This document shows, in pieces, positions 1 to 12,524 of a stretch of DNA of 64,000 nucleotides. Origin of the DNA: the human T2T-CHM13v2.0 reference genome, Homo sapiens; the NCBI RefSeq assembly GCF_009914755.1, contig NC_060937.1. One strand, written 5' to 3'. Numbering within the stretch: the first letter of the stretch is position 1; each line of letters starts with the position of its first letter. Under the pieces are notes generated by a model. It was given only the letters and a program-made list of their open reading frames with translations. It was not told the DNA's origin and ran no database searches. Made by a program: the position numbers and the translations under genes.

Positions 1-60
1 AAAAGTGTAGAAGGGCACTTAAAGATTAAAGAGAGAGAGACATATCAGCCAGATGCTGAG

Positions 61-420
61 TGCTATGGTCTGAATATTTGTGTTTCCCCAAAATCCATAT
101 TTTGAAATCCCAAACCCAAGCTGATGGTATTGTATTAGGAAGTGGCAGGGAGGCAGGTAGAAGTGATTAGATTATCTCCTACTCAATGGGATTGGTGTTC
201 TTATAAAAAAGACCCAGAGAACTGCCTTGCCTCTTCTACCATGTGAAGACACAGCTAGAAGGCACAGCCTATGAGGAAGTTTACCTTCCTCAGACACCGA
301 ATATGCTAGCACCTTGATCTTGGACTGTGTGGGCTCCATAACCATAAGAAATAAATTTCTGTTGTTTATAAGTTACCCAGACTAAGGTGGTTTGTTATAG
401 CAGCCTGAGGACAAAGATAC
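61..420 (+). mobile_element. MLT1A/MLT1A0-type MaLR solo LTR
   Basis: Starts tgctatggtctgaat...tgtgtttcccc. Contains the typical ccatgtgaagacacag, caccttgatcttggact and agaaataaatttctgttgtttataag...ttgttatagcagcc end motifs. Confidence 0.85.
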
Positions 421-458
421 CATGTATGAAACTTGTTTGGATCCTGATTTAAGCAAAC

Positions 459-895
459 TCTATTAGGCCATTTCTGTATTGCTATAGATAAGTACCTGAG
501 ACTGGGTAATTTATAAAGAAAAGAGGTTTCATTGGCTCATCATCCTGCAGGCTTTACAGGAAGCATGGTTCTGGTATCTGCTCGGCTTCCAGGGAGGTCT
601 CAGGAAGTTTATAATCATGGCAGAAAGCAAAGGAGGAGCATGCACATCACATGGCAAATGCAGGAGCAAGAGAGAGAAAGAGAGAGAGAAGGATGGGAGG
701 TATTCACACACTTTTAAACAATCAGATCTCATGAGAATTCACTATCATGAGGACAGCACCAAGGGGATGGTGTTAAACCACATATGAGAAATCTGCCCCC
801 ACGATGCATTCATCTCCCACCAGGCCCCACCTCCAACACTGGGAATTACATTTCAACATGAGACTTGGGTGGGGATAAATATCCAAACTACAACA
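459..895 (-). mobile_element. MSTB-type MaLR solo LTR
   Basis: Reverse-complement MST LTR (tacctgagactgggtaatttataaagaaaagagg ... ccaggccccacctccaacactggg). Flanked by the 5-bp TSD caaac at 454-458 and 896-900. Confidence 0.9.
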
Positions 896-1240
896 CAAAC
901 CAACTACAGAAGAATTTTTTAAAAAAATAACTGGGGAGATTTCAATATAAATAGATGGTAGGTAATATTAGTAACTTGTTTCTTTGGTTTGTCATGTGCA
1001 ATAATGGCATTGTGGCTAATTTTTTCTAAACATCTTTATATGTTACAGACATATTAAGCATTTATGTGAAATGTCTGAGATTTGTGAAATATACTATAGG
1101 AAAAAAAGTGAAAGTATAGCTGTCCTTGAATCAGAAAGGGGATAATAATTATTGAAGCTGGGTGATGAATATCTGGGAGTTTATATTATTCTCTTTACCT
1201 TTGCATATATTTCAAATTTTCCATAACAAAACATTTTTTA
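896..1240 (+). mobile_element. Ancient L1 (L1ME-type) 3' end, host of the two MaLR LTRs
   Basis: ataatggcattgtggct, ttgaagctgggtgatg...gtttatattattctct...caaattttccataacaaaa are typical of the L1ME 3' UTR. Matching pieces lie at 1-60 and 421-458. Confidence 0.65.
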
Positions 1241-1859
1241 ACTATTTTAAGCATACATAGGAGAAACGTATTAAATGTAACTTTTCTTCCCCTTTCATAA
1301 ATTTATATATATTTTGGAAACAGTAAATAGCCTTTCATTTCTATTAAAGAGAAAAATTTCCCCCCCCAAAAAATAAATTTTTGTTCAACATGTATTACTG
1401 TCACCCACTGAGTAACCAGCATGCCATTCAAAGTTTTTCAAATGCTTTAGCAAAATTTTCTCAAAACACACTTATATGGGAAAATGCAGCCTGAAAATAA
1501 GAAAGGTTGTCACCCACATATTAGAAATTTCAAACATTTTCTGCTCTAGATAAGGTAAAACAGAAGGTCTGAGGCATGCACACATGGAAGTCTCCTAGTT
1601 TCTTCTCTTATGAGAGAGAAACATGCCCAGGAAGTAAAGGGAGGGAACTCTAACTAAGCCCTGTGAGTGCCCCACCACTCAGGGGAAGAAAGGATTGTAG
1701 TGAGCCACACAGAAACAATAACAAAGACAAACCACTTTCCAAACTAGGATCTAGCAAAGAATATACTGTATTAGGAAAGGAATGAAAAGTCCCTGTGGCT
1801 GATGCCTGGAGTACATGACATTTGAAACTGACAGTTCATTTTATAGCTTTAAAAGTTAT

Positions 1860-2110
1860 ACGTATTTAGTATAGAAAATTTAGAGAGATATACCCGGTTA
1901 CAAAGAAGAAAGTAAAAGTCACCTATAATTTTATACCCTAGAAATAACCACGAGTAATGTTTTATGGATATTACTTTTAGCCCTTTTGTTTACTTATGTA
2001 GAGCTCAAATATATGGAACTATTTTCAATGAAATTAAGATTATACTACAGAAAACATTTATATATTGCAGTTAGCAAGTAATTTTAATGGCTGTATAATA
2101 TTCTATTGTT
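1860..2110 (-). mobile_element. Ancient L1 (L1ME4-like) 3' fragment
   Basis: agaaaatttagag...aaagaagaaagtaaaagtcacctataattttataccctagaaataaccac and ttttaatggctgtataatattctattg match the antisense L1ME 3' end. Confidence 0.6.
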
Positions 2111-2149
2111 AAAAATAATGTAGAACAGGGAGTAGAGAATGATGTGAAC

Positions 2150-3650
2150 TTGAGCACATGATTACTTCCCCAATCACCAACCCCTCCCCCAATTCTAAAA
2201 ACAATAATTTTAATAAGATAAAATGGGAGGACTGCATCAACATTGGGAACTAGAAAAGAGAGTCATGAACATGTCAGAAGCACCAAGGAACTTCTGCTAG
2301 GTAGATTAAGGAAGACCGACTAATGATGACTCATCACAGAAAGTTCAAGGTGGAGCCCCAAGGCCTCTCAAACACTCTGGGGCTAAGGAGGCATAGAAAA
2401 TTTCCAGGTGAAAATCCTATGAGTAAGCAAAATTCCAGGAAAAATGCCAAGGTAGTGGAGGCAGTGGGATAATGAACAGATATCATGTGGCAATACCGAA
2501 TGGAGCATCTCCAGAGGACATTTCTCAATAGCACCATTGTTCGTGGTAAGTGAATACTTCACTTTTTCTCCTGCTTCTGTCAAGTAATTGATCACGAATT
2601 AGCTTTGAGATTTCTGCTTAAAGGCAGGTGTCCATCTGTATCCAAACAAATCAAGAAACCCAACAATAATTCTCCCTATTTCCAGAGATAATCTCATGCT
2701 TGGTCACAATGCTCACTATTTAAGAGAAGAAATAAGTGGAAAATAGATATAGATAGTAGGGCCTGTAAAAGAAATCTTTAACTGGAGTCAACAAGGTCAG
2801 AGGCAGAAAACATTTTTATAACATTTAGTGCAGGCAAAGTATTTCAGATACAAGCTGGAAAAAACATTGTTTCTACAAAAATAAAGATGCAAATTGAGAC
2901 AGTAAGTCAAAGGACAGAGATGAAAGAGAACCAACTAATTGATGAGCAGAAGTGCAAAGGCAGGCATGTGAGATCAGGAATGATTTGAAATGAAACAGGT
3001 AATAATGGAATGTCAATACTTAATTCATTAAAATTTCTAGTGTTTAATAAGCTCCAGAGAACAAAATGAACTGTGTGAAAGTCAAATACAGAGTTTGGCC
3101 TTGAAAAAACCTCCCAGAATACAGTGGAAAAGAAAAACCAATGACAATTATTAGATAGAAGATTGAGAACAGACAATCACAACCCTACATACAGGTAATT
3201 TGTGTTTCTCAAGACTGCTACAGATGAAAAACAATCCATATCCAAAGAGATAACAGACAAAAACACACCTAAACTGAAGAAAATCCTGCATCAAGAATAG
3301 AAATAATGTGTCCTGCACTAGAAAAATAGTCACTAGAAAGAACTAATAATTATAAATAGCCTGGTAGAATTATTGAATTTCACACTGACCATAAGCATCT
3401 TTGCAACGGTATGTGCATGTAGAGGATAACTGAGTTTTGAGGAGTTGGGATCCAGGATTTAGAGATTTACCAAAGTTTATTCACATGTAACGCAGCAAGA
3501 CTGTCTCAGATATCAACGACTCGGTAAGTATTCCACCTGAGATCTCGCCCCGTGAGAAGTAACTACAACATTTCTCCAGCCAACTAAGAAATAATTCAGA
3601 ATAATAACCTCAATAAGAAAGTCACTTATGGAAGGACTGCCACTGAGCAA
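2150..3650 (+). mobile_element. Highly degraded L1 ORF1-like / HAL1 sequence
   Basis: Purine-rich + strand with ORF1-like remnants (agattgagaacagacaatcacaacc, cctggtagaattattgaatttc, ctccagccaac). No intact frame. Confidence 0.45.
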
Positions 3651-3689
3651 TGAATCTTCAGAAATGGTCCCTGTAAGGTCCTCCTTGCT

Positions 3690-4868
3690 CAGCCTCACAA
3701 CATCACCACTTCCCAGTTTTCCACACACTCTCTTTTGCTGCCTCTACCTCCACCTGAACTTTCAATGTTGGAATTCCTTGGGATTTGTTCTTGGTCCTCA
3801 TATGTTTACCTGTTGTCCTATACAATAGCACCCATTCTGGTAGCTCAAAAGACCATGTATATACTTATGACTGTCAGTTTATATCTCCAGGGAATTCTAG
3901 ACTCACCCATCCAGCTGCTATTTGACATCTCAGCTCAGATATCTCATACACATCTCAAACTTAACATGTCCCAACAAAATTTTCTTCAATGTTGTTCCAC
4001 TTCATGTAGTCTTCCCTAACTCAGCAAAAAGCACCACAAAGTTGCTAGACCAGAAGCCTAGGAGATATCCTTTAGTCCTCTCCTTCCTTCAAACCTCCAT
4101 ATTCAATCTACCAACCAAACTTTTCTATTCTATATGCAAAATATACATCTTGAAACTTTCCAGTTCTCTCCCTCTCCAGGGCCATTATTCTAATCCAATC
4201 CCCTATCGTCTGTCACCCCGACTACCCCAACAGCTTCCTAGCTGATCTCCCTACTTCTACCTTAAAGAGCTCTTAATATGTTCTCTATGCTGCTGTCAAA
4301 AAATATGTTTTAAAACCCAAATTGGATAATTTCATTTCCCTGCTTCATATTCTTCTGTGGCTTTCATTGCATTACACATAACATTAAAACCCATAAGCAA
4401 AGCTTATGTGCCCTATAAGATCTGGTACCATCTCTGCTCCACCACAGCTGATGCCTCCCTATGTCATTGCTCACCAGGCTCCAGCTTCTGCAACTCTGAA
4501 CATTTCCAGAGCATGCTAGGTTCTGTTCCCACGTTAGGACACATAGATGGAATATGTAGTTTTTGTATCCATTATTCTCTGCCACCCAAGCTCTGCACGG
4601 CTGCCTTCTTCTCAGCCACCTCCTCCACTGCCATTTCCTATCCCAATACACCGTTTTTTCCTTCAGTGGCCTTACCACCAAATTGTTTGGATTATTCTGT
4701 AATTATTTTGATTATTCATCTTTTCTTTGTTTTCTGCCTGTCTCTGCCATAAAAATAAAAGCTTCCTGAGGACAAAGTCTATGCCTTTTTCACCATTTTA
4801 TCCCCAGGAATTTAGCACATTGGAGAGGTCAATGCATATATATTAAAATATATTGAATGAATGGATGG
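3690..4868 (+). mobile_element. L2 (L2a-like) LINE 3' portion
   Basis: Pyrimidine-rich, with L2 hallmarks catctcaaacttaacatgtcc, cagcttcctagctgatctccct, aagcttcctgaggacaaag and a terminal attgaatgaatggatgg tail. Confidence 0.85.
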
Positions 4869-4920
4869 GTGTTGAAAATGTACTTGCAAACAGAATACTT
4901 AGATTTATAGTAAAACAGCT

Positions 4921-5092
4921 TATGATTCAATAATCCCACTACTACTGGGTACATATCCAGAGGAAATGAGAACAGTATGCCAAAGAGATATCTGTGCTCC
5001 CACGTTCATTACAGCATTATTCACAATAGCCAAGATATGAAATCAACCTAAGCCCATCAGTGAACAAATGGACAAAGAAAACATAGTGTGTA

Positions 5093-5138
<46 letters not shown>

Positions 5139-5808
5139 GTATGTATGTGTGTGTAGGTATATATACATATATAGTGTGTGTGTGTAGGTGTGTGTGTATA
5201 TATATACACATAGTTTGTACGTGTGTGTATTGCATATTTATAGACACACATATACACATATACTATGTATATGTGTGTGAGTATATACATATATATGTAT
5301 ATATATATCTATCTACAATGGAAGATTATATACCCTTAAAAAAGAATAAAATCCTGTTATTTGTGATGCCATGGATAAATCCAGAGTATATTACATAAAG
5401 TGAAATAAGTCATGCACAGAAAGACAAATACTGCATGATCTCACTCATTAGTGGAATCTTAAAAAACTGAACTGATGGAAGCATAGAATAGAATAGTAGT
5501 TACCTGGGGCTGGGTTGAGAAGGAGAGTAGGGTGAAATGCTCAAAGGATACAAAATTTCAATTAGATAGGAGGAATACGCTGAAGATGTCTCTTGTACAC
5601 CATTGTGACTATTGTTAATAACAATGTTTTCTATTCTTGGAAATTGCTGAGAGTAAATTTTAAGTGTTCTCGCCACAAAAACGATAAGTATGTAAGGTAA
5701 TGCATATGTTAATTAGCTTATTTTAGGCTTCTACAATGTATACATATATTAAACCATCATATTGTACATGATAAATATATAAAGTCAAAATTTTTGATGA
5801 AAATAAAT
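4921..5808 (+). mobile_element. L1MA-type LINE-1 3' end (5'-truncated)
   Basis: ORF2 C-terminal coding region (atcccactactgggt, cagcattattcacaatagccaagata, aaatactgcatgatctcactc) followed by an L1MA 3' UTR (gatacaaaatttcaattagataggaggaata). Confidence 0.9.
5087..5312. repeat. Compound (TG)n/(TA)n microsatellite expanded inside the L1MA
   Basis: Directly visible TG/TA dinucleotide runs. Confidence 0.95.
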
Positions 5809-6319
5809 TACCAAAGCTGACTCAAAGTGTTATCCAATCTAACAACTATGGAATGTAAGAAAGTAGAACTACCAAACAGCTACCCCTGAAAATGACACGG
5901 GGCCCATATTTTTTTAATAGACAAACTTTACTGATTATCCATTTGAAAGACAAATCATTCCTACAGATGCTTTAAAAGGTATTTTCAAAAGCATTAAAGA
6001 AATGAAAAATATCACCATTCATTTTACAGTATTAACATTACTAAAGAAAGAAAATTTCAAGGAAAGAAAACTGTAGAGCAAATTCATTTAGGACTGAAAT
6101 ACAAAGCATCCTTAAACAAACAAACAAAATGAATCCATAACAGTATTCTTAAAGGTTAGCAAACACCGTGACCAAATAAAGATCATTTTAAGAATGTAAA
6201 GATAGTTTGCTCTTATTATATAATCATCTCATTAGATACCCAGAAGGTATTTAATAAGATTCTTAAAAAATTCAAAATAATAAATTCTGAGTAAAATAAG
6301 AATAGGACAGCAGTTTCTT

Positions 6320-6521
6320 TTTTAACTGTTGTTTTAAGTTCAGGGATACACATGCAGGTTTGTTGCATGGGTAAGCTTGTGTCATGGGAATTTGTTGTAC
6401 AGATTATTTCATCACCCAAGTATTAAGCCTAGTACCCATTAGTTATTTTTCCTGATCCTCTCCCTCCTCCCACCCTCCACTCTCCAAAAGACCCCAGTGT
6501 GTATTGTTCTTCTGTACGTAC
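6320..6521 (-). mobile_element. L1PA (older primate, L1PA10-16-like) 3' end
   Basis: Antisense 3' UTR ttttaagttcagggatacacatgcaggtttg...ctctccctcctcccaccctccac. TSD gacagcagtttctt (6306-6319) / gacaacagtttctt (6522-6535). Confidence 0.9.
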
Positions 6522-6618
6522 GACAACAGTTTCTTACCATGCCTTAACATCTATCACAAAACAACATTCAGGATCTTGTTGAATGATAGGGACTCATCCC
6601 TATAAAAATCTGAATACA

Positions 6619-6905
6619 GGCCACGCCTGTTGTCCCAGCACTTTCGGAGGTCTAGGCGGGCAGATTACTTTAGGTCAGGAGTTCGAGAGCAATCTGCCAA
6701 CATGGGGAAACCCGGTCTCTACTAAAAAAAAAAAAAAAAAAAAAAAAAATTAGCTGGGCATGGTGGCTGCGCCTGCAGCCCCAAATACTCAGGAGACTAA
6801 GGCACAAAAATTGCTTGAACCCAGGAGATGGAGGTTGCAGTGAGCCAAGATCGTTTCACTGCACCCCAGCTTGAGCGACAGAGCATGGCTGTATCAAAAA
6901 AAGAG
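6619..6905 (+). mobile_element. AluS (Sx/Sz-like)
   Basis: Dimeric Alu with the 12-bp TSD aatctgaataca (6607-6618, 6906-6917). The A-box region is deleted and the middle A-tract is expanded. Confidence 0.95.
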
Positions 6906-7380
6906 AATCTGAATACAAGGATGCCTGTCAACATCATTCTGAAAGTACAATTGGTGAAATCATTAAACAGGGAAAAATATTAATATTATAGATGAGGTAG
7001 CAAACCTATTATTATTGTCTACCTAGACACCACAAAAGGGAACAAATGAAATTTGACTACAACTATTAGGGAAGTTCAAAACTATGACTAGTTACAGAAT
7101 TAACATAACACGATTCAATTCCTTTCCTAGATAATAATAACTGTCGAAAATCTAGAAATGGGAAATTATCTTATTCATAATACAACCAAAAATATAAAAT
7201 GCCTGGGAGAAAATATTAATGATACATGGCATCTTTATAAAGAAAACTACAAAACTTTACAGAGGAACATAAAAGAAGATGTGAATAAATTGAGACATCA
7301 TGTCTCTGGATATAAAGCCTTAACAGAGATTTTAGTTATGTCAAAATTAATGTATGAATGTAACAAAATCATATACAATT

Positions 7381-7597
7381 TAGCATAGTAGTTAAATGTA
7401 CAGTCTTAGGAGATGAGATGTTGGGCAAGTTACTTAACCTCTTTGAACTGTTTTCTCAGCTTAGAAATAGTCAGGAAAGAATATCTGTCTGGTAGAATTG
7501 CTGCAGAGATTTAATAAAGCAGTACATACAAAGCCTTTAGCACTGTGTCTGCCCTCTAGTTAGGATTAATAACATTTGCTATTTTAAATTACTATTA
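7381..7597 (+). mobile_element. MIR SINE
   Basis: MIR core ttgggcaagttacttaacctct, with tagcatagtagttaa at the start and tttagcactgtgtctg...aataacatttgctatt at the end. Confidence 0.85.
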
Positions 7598-7610
7598 TTT
7601 CACGCTGAGT

Positions 7611-7814
7611 CAGGGGTTTAAACATTTTCTGTAAAGATATAGGTAGTAAATATTTTAAGCTTTGCAGGCCATATAATCTTTTTCTCATATTTTTCTTTTC
7701 TGTTTGATTGTTTAAAACCCTTTAAAAGTGTAAAAACAATTATTAACTTGGGTCTGTATAAAAAACAGGCCACGGGTCAGATTTGGCCTGTGGGCTATTG
7801 TTTGCTGACCTATG
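7611..7814 (+). mobile_element. MER58-type hAT-Charlie MITE
   Basis: caggggt..aaacattttctgtaaag...tagtaaatatttta.gctttgcaggccata and cagatttggcctgtgggc...tttgctgacc. Confidence 0.8.
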
Positions 7815-9849
7815 TTCCAACCAAGTAAAAGAAATTTAATATCACTAATAACCAGAGAAATGCAAATTAAATACAAATTATCAGATGGGGAAGGTTTTTC
7901 AAATATCATAGTGTTTATAAAGATATGTGGACATGGGCACTCACACACTATTGGTGAGTTTATGACTGGTAGCCGGTTCTTATGGAGACATTCTTATATC
8001 CTTGAATAAGGATGTTTATCATGAGTTTATTTGTAACGTTGAAAAATCAATAACACTTAAATGTCTAACAACAGAGGATTGGTTAATTAAATTACAGTTC
8101 CTCTATACAATAGAATAACATTCAAGTATTAAAAATAATGACAGATCTTATACAATCTTTCTAAATTGGAAAACAGAAGATTAAAATAGTCTTATCAATA
8201 ACTCATCATACAAGAGAGCTGGTGGACGAGTTAGGTTAAGTAACTCCATATTCAGGAAACACATCTGAGGATGATTCAATGTCTCTCAACAAGGCTGGGC
8301 ACTGCCTTCAGTGGATACAACAGAAGGAAAAACCCAACCTCAAGTAACCATGACAATCCACCAGGAGCAAGCTCCTTCATCTTTAGGAATGTCTCTTTTC
8401 AAAATCTTTTTTAAATGTGGTCCAATGTAATAGATTTTTCAGATTTCCTTGTTATTCTTAAAGACTTTCCAGTCTATCCAAGGCTTTTGAAAAATGTGTA
8501 GCATTCATGGAATAGTATTTCTGTTTTCTGGGAAGGATCATCACTTTTTCTATTTTTTTACATATAGTGTACACTCTGAACTTTGGATAGGTTTTTTTTT
8601 AAGGCTAGGAAAACTGAAACATACAAAATTCATCATCACCTATTTTAGTAGCCACCTATTTTAGTAACCTCATTGACTTTGTGGCATAACCTCTTGAGAC
8701 TACATAGGTTTTCTACTCCTGTAATGTTCCAAAATCTTTATTCCACAATCTGTACCCAGCTGCTCAGACGCCCACACTTTAGAATCTAGCCCACATATTT
8801 AAATGTCTAGTGAGTTCATGTCATTGCAGATAAGTAGTGTGTTACTTCTCCAAGGTAACCAATAAGATGTTTAACTGTCAGCCTCCAGGGACAATGACTG
8901 ACCTGCAGCAGTGTCTTTGTCCAGTAATTAGGTTTGAGGAAATTTGGCAGGCTGGTTGAGTGGGATAACTAAAAAGCCTTTAATGTGAGGTGCCTATATG
9001 GAAAGCTTCATTCCGAGGAAATCTGCACCCAGGTATTGTCAGTGTATTTCCTTCTTTCAGCTCCCAACCTTTGCTGGTTTTGGTTTTAGTTTTTTTGTTT
9101 GTTTGTCTTTTCTGAGAGTTCCTGACATCTTTCCCCACCTCCCCACTGCCCAGTGTAACCGAGGAGAAAACAGAGACACCTGGGCACCCGGGGAGTTGTT
9201 TTGTATTGTTTTGTTTATCTCTACCTATTTAAAGTACTGAATGCAGTGGAGGTTTATATAAGCACCCCTTATGATTCAAAACATAAAAACTTGATGCTAA
9301 TGCAAGCATAGAGGTGGAGAAATCCAGGTAGGGTGATGGTAGCTTTACCAAAAAAGAAAAAAAAAATTAATGTGAAATGAGCAAACATAAGTGGTCAAGC
9401 TACAAGACCTTGGGTATAATTCTTTGATGAGCAATTCTATGCATGACCTTCAGAGGAAACTTACCTATTTCATGATTTGTTGACAGGCTGGTGTTTGACA
9501 TTTTGACTAAAGGACCTAGTTACATTGTGAAAAGAGGAAGATACCCTTTAGGTAAGGAATATAAACAAATGTCTTCAACCCAGACATTTTTGAAAGAGCT
9601 CAAGAGACTCCCACTAAAGTGCATGGGTACTTTTGAAAAAAGATATTTTAGAACCTATGAGCTTGCTGTTAAATTATTTTTTCAGACTTATACAGAAAAA
9701 TATAGTGGATACAATTTGATCATTTAATCCAAGAATTAGAAAAGCACAGCTATTGTAAAGGAAGAGACTGGAGAAATAAAAAGGCAAGAAGAATATGAAT
9801 GAAATGTTTAAGCTTCAACCTATTTTTTTCAAATATGTAGATCCCTTGA

Positions 9850-10090
9850 AATTTCTGATCAAGAATAAAGATAACATACAGGGAGATTAATGTTTCTACT
9901 TATCTTTACCATAAGGGACATTCGGAATGTTCTTCCTTCTAAGGTACTGTTTAAGAAAAAAATAGAATATTTGACAGAGATTGAAATCTCCAAGGAGAAA
10001 GTTATAAAACATCTCGAGAAAACTCAGCCTCACTAGAACAGAAGGAGTGGATGACATTTAGCAATTAACTCTGAGAAAATAAAAAAATGT
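9850..10090 (+). mobile_element. Possible ancient CR1/L3-clade LINE ORF2 remnant
   Basis: Manual translation with one frameshift gives LTEIEISKEKVIKHLEK/LSLTRTEGVDDI*QLTLRK. This resembles the pre-RT motif of CR1-clade ORF2 (..EEVxxHLxxLxxxKSxGPDGIHPRVLKE). Confidence 0.4.
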
Positions 10091-11017
10091 GCAATACAAA
10101 AATGCTGATAGGTTTTGCATAAAACAGAGTAATCTATTTTGGCCTTGAACAGCTGTTAACAGTTCCTTCAAAGTCACTAACTAGCATTCAGCTGAAAATT
10201 CCTTTCTATCATCTATGTGCCTACTATGGAAAAAAAAAAAGGCGGGGGAGGGGAAGGAAAGGTGAGTTTCCTGTTGTACAGAGATTTGTTAAAGGAGAGA
10301 AAAAGATTTTATTTTTAGTATGCCAAGTTTTAATAAAGGATCTTTGTAGTCATGCCTTTGGAGGTTTCTTCTCCAATGGTAAATTCACTTGCTGGATAAT
10401 TCTATTCAGTACATAATCCTTCTTTTTGAATCATCAGGTCCTGCAAGATGAACATCCTGGACATTTATGAATGAGATGCTCTAATGGGCATCTTAAATTC
10501 TCTTACTAAATATTTTATCTTATATAAAAGGAAATTCATTAAAAGTATGTTAGGCATTCTTTTATTAGAATAATGTTGGATGGTTGATATCAAGGAAGGG
10601 CTATACTTTAAATCATTTAAATTTTTGTATTGCTCTTTGCAAGCCAAAAGTTATTATCAACAAGCTGAGGGTTCCATTTAATCACAAGTAAATATAGTAC
10701 AGCAACTACAAATATCTCAAAGAAATGTCAAGCTGAAGACAGAGGCCCACAAAAAGTTCATGATTGTGAAAAGTTAACATACTCTAAAGAAGGTTTTAAA
10801 GTTATTTTGGCAAAAAACATTCTATTGATGAAATAAAAACATTTTTTCAGCACGCGGCTTTGTGAATATTGCTGACAGGGTTAATTACATATTTTAATAA
10901 TCAAATGTGTGCTTGTTGCCTGTAAATATGAATTAAAGCACATATTTACATGTATAATCAATGTAAATTAATCCTTATTTTCTTCTATGGTTAGATTACC
11001 AACTGCATAGAGTTATA

Positions 11018-11335
<318 letters not shown>

Positions 11336-11719
11336 TCATGGGCTTTTGTAAGGCATAAAGCTAAAAAAGAGTGTTTTAATAAATGATCTATATCAGATCA
11401 TTCTCGTCTCCAGTCCATGCAATTTCCACCTATTCAAAATTTCCACTCTATTCTCCACCTGGCTATCTTTCAAAACTATCTCAAGTTCACCCTCCAATCC
11501 ACAATGATCTCTCCTATCTATGAACCAAGGTCACCTAACTTCACAGCACTCATTTGGCAATTAGTCATTTGGCGAAAATATCACCTGTGGTATTTCTTTA
11601 ATTGGTATTATTTAATATCTATACCTATCAATCCATCTATCTATATCTCCTTCTTTCTCTCTTCCCCTCTCTGGGTCCTTCTTTACTCTCTCTCTCCCTC
11701 TGTCTCTCTTCTTTACCTT

Positions 11720-11842
11720 TTAAACTATGTTTTAAGCTTTATGGGAGCAAGTATCAGATAAAGTAAGATGTATGACTCACTATTTCATTACATATAACAC
11801 TGTCTTGCATACAGTAAGTGCTCAATAGAAGTTTCTTGATTT
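11720..11842 (+). mobile_element. L2 3' end fragment
   Basis: taagctttatgggagcaag...acactgtcttgcatacagtaagtgctcaata. Confidence 0.6.
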
Positions 11843-12456
11843 AAGAAGTGAGTTTTAAAAATCTACCCCTATAATGGAGGCCTGGCAGGTGTCTGCTGAG
11901 ACTTAATTAAACTGATGAGCTAAGATTTGAAAGATGGAAAGTGGTAGGTAGCTAGACAGTAGGGTTTAGCAAGGCTTGGCAATCTTACAGAGGTGTCGTG
12001 CCAAATCCTCATTCATCCACTGCCTCCCAAGGTCGGATACATGGCAACTACTTTGGGAGAGGGGAGCATGGCAGATTCTCACAAATAATTCACCTACCTG
12101 CCCTAACAGAGCCCACTGTGATATGAAAAGGTTCTGATGAGTTTCTCAGGACAGAAATGCCAAGGACATGAAGGACAAAAGTTTCGCAGGCCTTCAATTC
12201 ACAGAATGACCAGGGAAGAGGAAAAATTTGGACATTTCTTCCTAAACACCTGAGTTCCTTTTACCATCCAAGCACGCGAAAGCCACAGTCTTAATTATCA
12301 GTTAAGAAACACAGTTTTACTTGACAACCAGATGAGAGAAAGATAAGGCACTTGAGGGAAGAGTTTCTGAGAGAAATTTGGTAGCCCACAAACTTAATTC
12401 TTCCTTCACATTTTATCTGTGACATCAAAACCACACCAATAGTATCTTTTTTTCAT

Positions 12457-12524
12457 TTCACCACTACACAACCTATGCATGTAACAAACATACACTTATA
12501 TCCCATAAATTTATGCAAATAAAA
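12457..12524 (+). mobile_element. Short L1PB/L1MA extreme 3' tail
   Basis: ttcaccactacacaacctatgcatgtaacaaa..tacacttatatcccataaatttat..aaataaaa. Confidence 0.7.

Larger units (their letters stand above)
5810..8170 (+). mobile_element. Very old L1 ORF2 remnant (L1ME/L1M5-like), fragmented by younger insertions
   Basis: A-rich ORF2-like segments (aaaataaattaccaaagctgactcaa, aaagaaaactacaaaactttac, atcactaataaccagagaaatgcaaattaaa) interrupted by L1PA, Alu, MIR and MER58. Confidence 0.6.

Noticed and set aside
3735-4769. Overlapping ORFs of 68-131 aa
   Set aside because: They lie in a degraded L2, with no recognisable protein similarity.
5017-5398. ORFs of 77-100 aa rich in C/V/Y/I/H/T
   Set aside because: Translations of a TG/TA microsatellite inside an L1.
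10255-10268. Consensus donors such as AAG|gtgagt (10261) and CAG|gtaagc (48639)
   Set aside because: No convincing paired acceptor at exon distance. These are expected by chance.
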